Source of the DNA: a virus
Lineage: Duplodnaviria; Caudoviricetes
Direction: 5' to 3' (one strand)
IMG/VR virus record: IMGVR_UViG_3300044645_001351
Location: 1-24,532 of that record
Length of the DNA stretch: 24,532 nt
Below are positions 22,838-24,532 of this stretch, piece after piece (positions within the stretch are counted from its first letter, which is position 1; each line of letters opens with the position of its first letter). The translations under genes and the position numbers were made by a program. The notes below the pieces were generated by a model that was not told the origin of the DNA, did not search any database, and saw only the letters and a list, made by a program, of their open reading frames with translations.

Positions 22838-23438
22838 TGGTGCGTCCCTTCAGATTCGCCAGCGGCGGCACCACGAGGAACCGCCGCAGCGTGATTGCGT
22901 TCTGCTTTGCCGTCTGCTGCATCAGAAGCGTCTCTGCGCGCTGCTTCGATCGCGTGGCGATTCGTGCAGTCGGGTTCGCAGGGAAGGCGACGATGCTGAC
23001 CTCGTGCAGTTCAAGGTCGCGAATCTCGCGGTGCATGCGCCCATCGCGCAGTTCGATTGCGTCGTCCTTGACGATGAAGCCGAAGGACATCGAGTCAAGC
23101 GTGCCAGTCTCCACAAGCGTCACCGCGTCGCGGCCTTCCTGCGTGTCGATCGGATTGATGATCACCCGCAGACCATGCTCATCGACACCCAGCGTGAGAC
23201 TGCCATTGGTCGTGCGTGCAATCGGGCGACCCGGATCGTGACTGATCAGCGCGAAGACATCAGGCTTGGATCGCAGCGTCGCATCGAACGCGCTGCGGCT
23301 GATGGTCTCGACCATGCCTTCGACCTCATACGGAGTGTCGAAGGTTGAGGCATATCCGGCCAGTGAGAGGCGGCTGGCTGCATCCTCGCCCTGCTTGCGC
23401 AGTTCGATCTGTCGCGTGGATCGGTATTCGATGTCCAT
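22824..23438 (-). CDS. HK97-family prohead protease
   Basis: LAGYASTFD, ETISRSAF, ALISHD..PIART, DEHGL, MSFGF, LHEVSIVAFPANP; start at ATG 23438. Confidence 0.93.
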   Translation of the reverse strand: MDIEYRSTRQIELRKQGEDAASRLSLAGYASTFDTPYEVEGMVETISRSAFDATLRSKPDVFALISHDPGRPIARTTNGSLTLGVDEHGLRVIINPIDTQEGRDAVTLVETGTLDSMSFGFIVKDDAIELRDGRMHREIRDLELHEVSIVAFPANPTARIATRSKQRAETLLMQQTAKQNAITLRRFLVVPPLANLKGRTNGTV

Positions 23439-23478
23439 GCTGCCTAGGGTAGTGGGTTCGGGTGTGATTGCAAGGTCT

Positions 23479-24532
23479 TCAGTCAGCCTTCGCCTTGAGT
23501 CGCTCGGTGATCGACTTGCTCCAAGTGAATCCCGCGTCCCCGCCCCACAACGCCCACGCAATGCGACCGTTGCTCGGGAACCCGTCCTCGCTTGGTGTGA
23601 AGCCCGTGCCCTGCTTGTCCACCTCGTGCCTCGCGAAGAACGAGTGCATGCGCTTCACCGTCTCGATGGGCAGGCTCTTGCCATTCACGATGTCTCGTGC
23701 GCGCGCGATGCCGACCGATGTGCCTCCGCGCTTGAACTCGGAGCGCCATGCCAGACCACGCTTGGCTTCCTCAATCATGCCTGCGGTTGGCTTGAACGAC
23801 TGGGCTCGCTCTTGCGCGATACCGCTGTCTGTCTCGTCGGGCATGTCTTCGGGCATTGCGTTCGGTGGTGCAACCTGTGCGCCTCCGAACCCGTTGCTGG
23901 CAGGAACCATGTTGACTGGCTGCAGGTAGACATCGCCCAACTCGCCGATGCTGTTGCGTCCGATCTCTGCGCGGATCTCATTGACGGACAGGAAGCCGAA
24001 CTGGCGACCGACGCTGAAGGCCTGATAGCGCGTCATCATGTCGCTACGGAGAAGCGCATCGAAACTGATGTCGGTCGAGTAGGTGGCAGCCTCGTCCTCT
24101 CGGAACAACTTGCGAAGTGCCTCTGCCTCAAGGCGTGCCGCCCACGAGGACAAGCAGTTGCTGACCCATTCGCGATTGGCCTGCTCTGCACTGCTGTACG
24201 ACTGCTTCGATCCGATGCCGACGACGCTCGGCGGCACGCGATAGATGCTGCAGATCTCCTCGCGCTGAAACTCACGCGACTGCAGCCATTGCGAATCCTG
24301 CGGCGACAGGCTGATGGCCTGCCACTTCAAGCCGCCTTCAAGAACTGCAACGCTGCCTGCCTGCGTTGCGCCACGCATGCGCGCTTCCCACGACTCGCGA
24401 ATGCGCTGCAGCGCATCGACGCTCAACTCCTTGTCGGTGACAAGCGCACCGCTCGGTCGACTCGCATTGCGGTAGTACGAGGCACCGAAGGTCTCTTGAG
24501 CGAGCGCAAGGCCGATGGCCTGACGCGCGAGA
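23479..24532 (-). CDS. HK97-family portal protein (5'-truncated by window) with a C-terminal extra domain
   Basis: Frame is open to the window end (LARQAIGLALAQETFGASYYRNASRPSGAL...), VLEGGLKWQAIS..DSQWLQSREF..EICSIYRVPP, LSVNEIR. Confidence 0.93.
   Translation of the reverse strand, partial: LARQAIGLALAQETFGASYYRNASRPSGALVTDKELSVDALQRIRESWEARMRGATQAGSVAVLEGGLKWQAISLSPQDSQWLQSREFQREEICSIYRVPPSVVGIGSKQSYSSAEQANREWVSNCLSSWAARLEAEALRKLFREDEAATYSTDISFDALLRSDMMTRYQAFSVGRQFGFLSVNEIRAEIGRNSIGELGDVYLQPVNMVPASNGFGGAQVAPPNAMPEDMPDETDSGIAQERAQSFKPTAGMIEEAKRGLAWRSEFKRGGTSVGIARARDIVNGKSLPIETVKRMHSFFARHEVDKQGTGFTPSEDGFPSNGRIAWALWGGDAGFTWSKSITERLKAKAD

Noticed and set aside
335-23929. Numerous plus-strand ORFs in the track (e.g. 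14129-15250, 20384-21832, 6545-7303)
   Set aside because: They are antisense shadows of GC-rich minus-strand genes, with no recognisable motifs and Arg/Ala/Cys-biased composition.
1-24532. Apparent abundance of CGATC/TCGA words
   Set aside because: Not quantified, and plausibly explained by codon usage (ATC, GAT, GTC, GAC) in a GC-rich genome.

Overview
GC-rich segment of a tailed (siphovirus-like, HK97/lambda-type) phage or prophage genome, with essentially all real genes on the minus strand. Reading in transcription order (right to left): partial HK97-family portal with a C-terminal extension, prohead protease, a divergent second HK97-fold capsid-like gene, major capsid, head-tail joining genes, two tandem tail-tube paralogs, tail chaperone with a -1 frameshift, tape measure, tail-tip/fibre and Cys-rich genes, then a membrane/lysis-like block (holin-like, metallophosphoesterase, HExxH protein, small TM peptide, u-spanin-like lipoprotein). 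A sigma70-like promoter at about 6.95 kb precedes a ~390-nt ORF-free, end-paired structured segment (candidate large ncRNA). This is followed by an array of unrelated small genes separated by a ~100-nt three-hairpin intergenic repeat showing compensatory base changes. The window ends with DUF932, HTH, YqaJ exonuclease, ERF annealase, a second structured leader and a ParB-like gene. The leader RNA plus structured-repeat cassette array is the most unusual element. All assignments come from reading motifs by eye; no searches were run.
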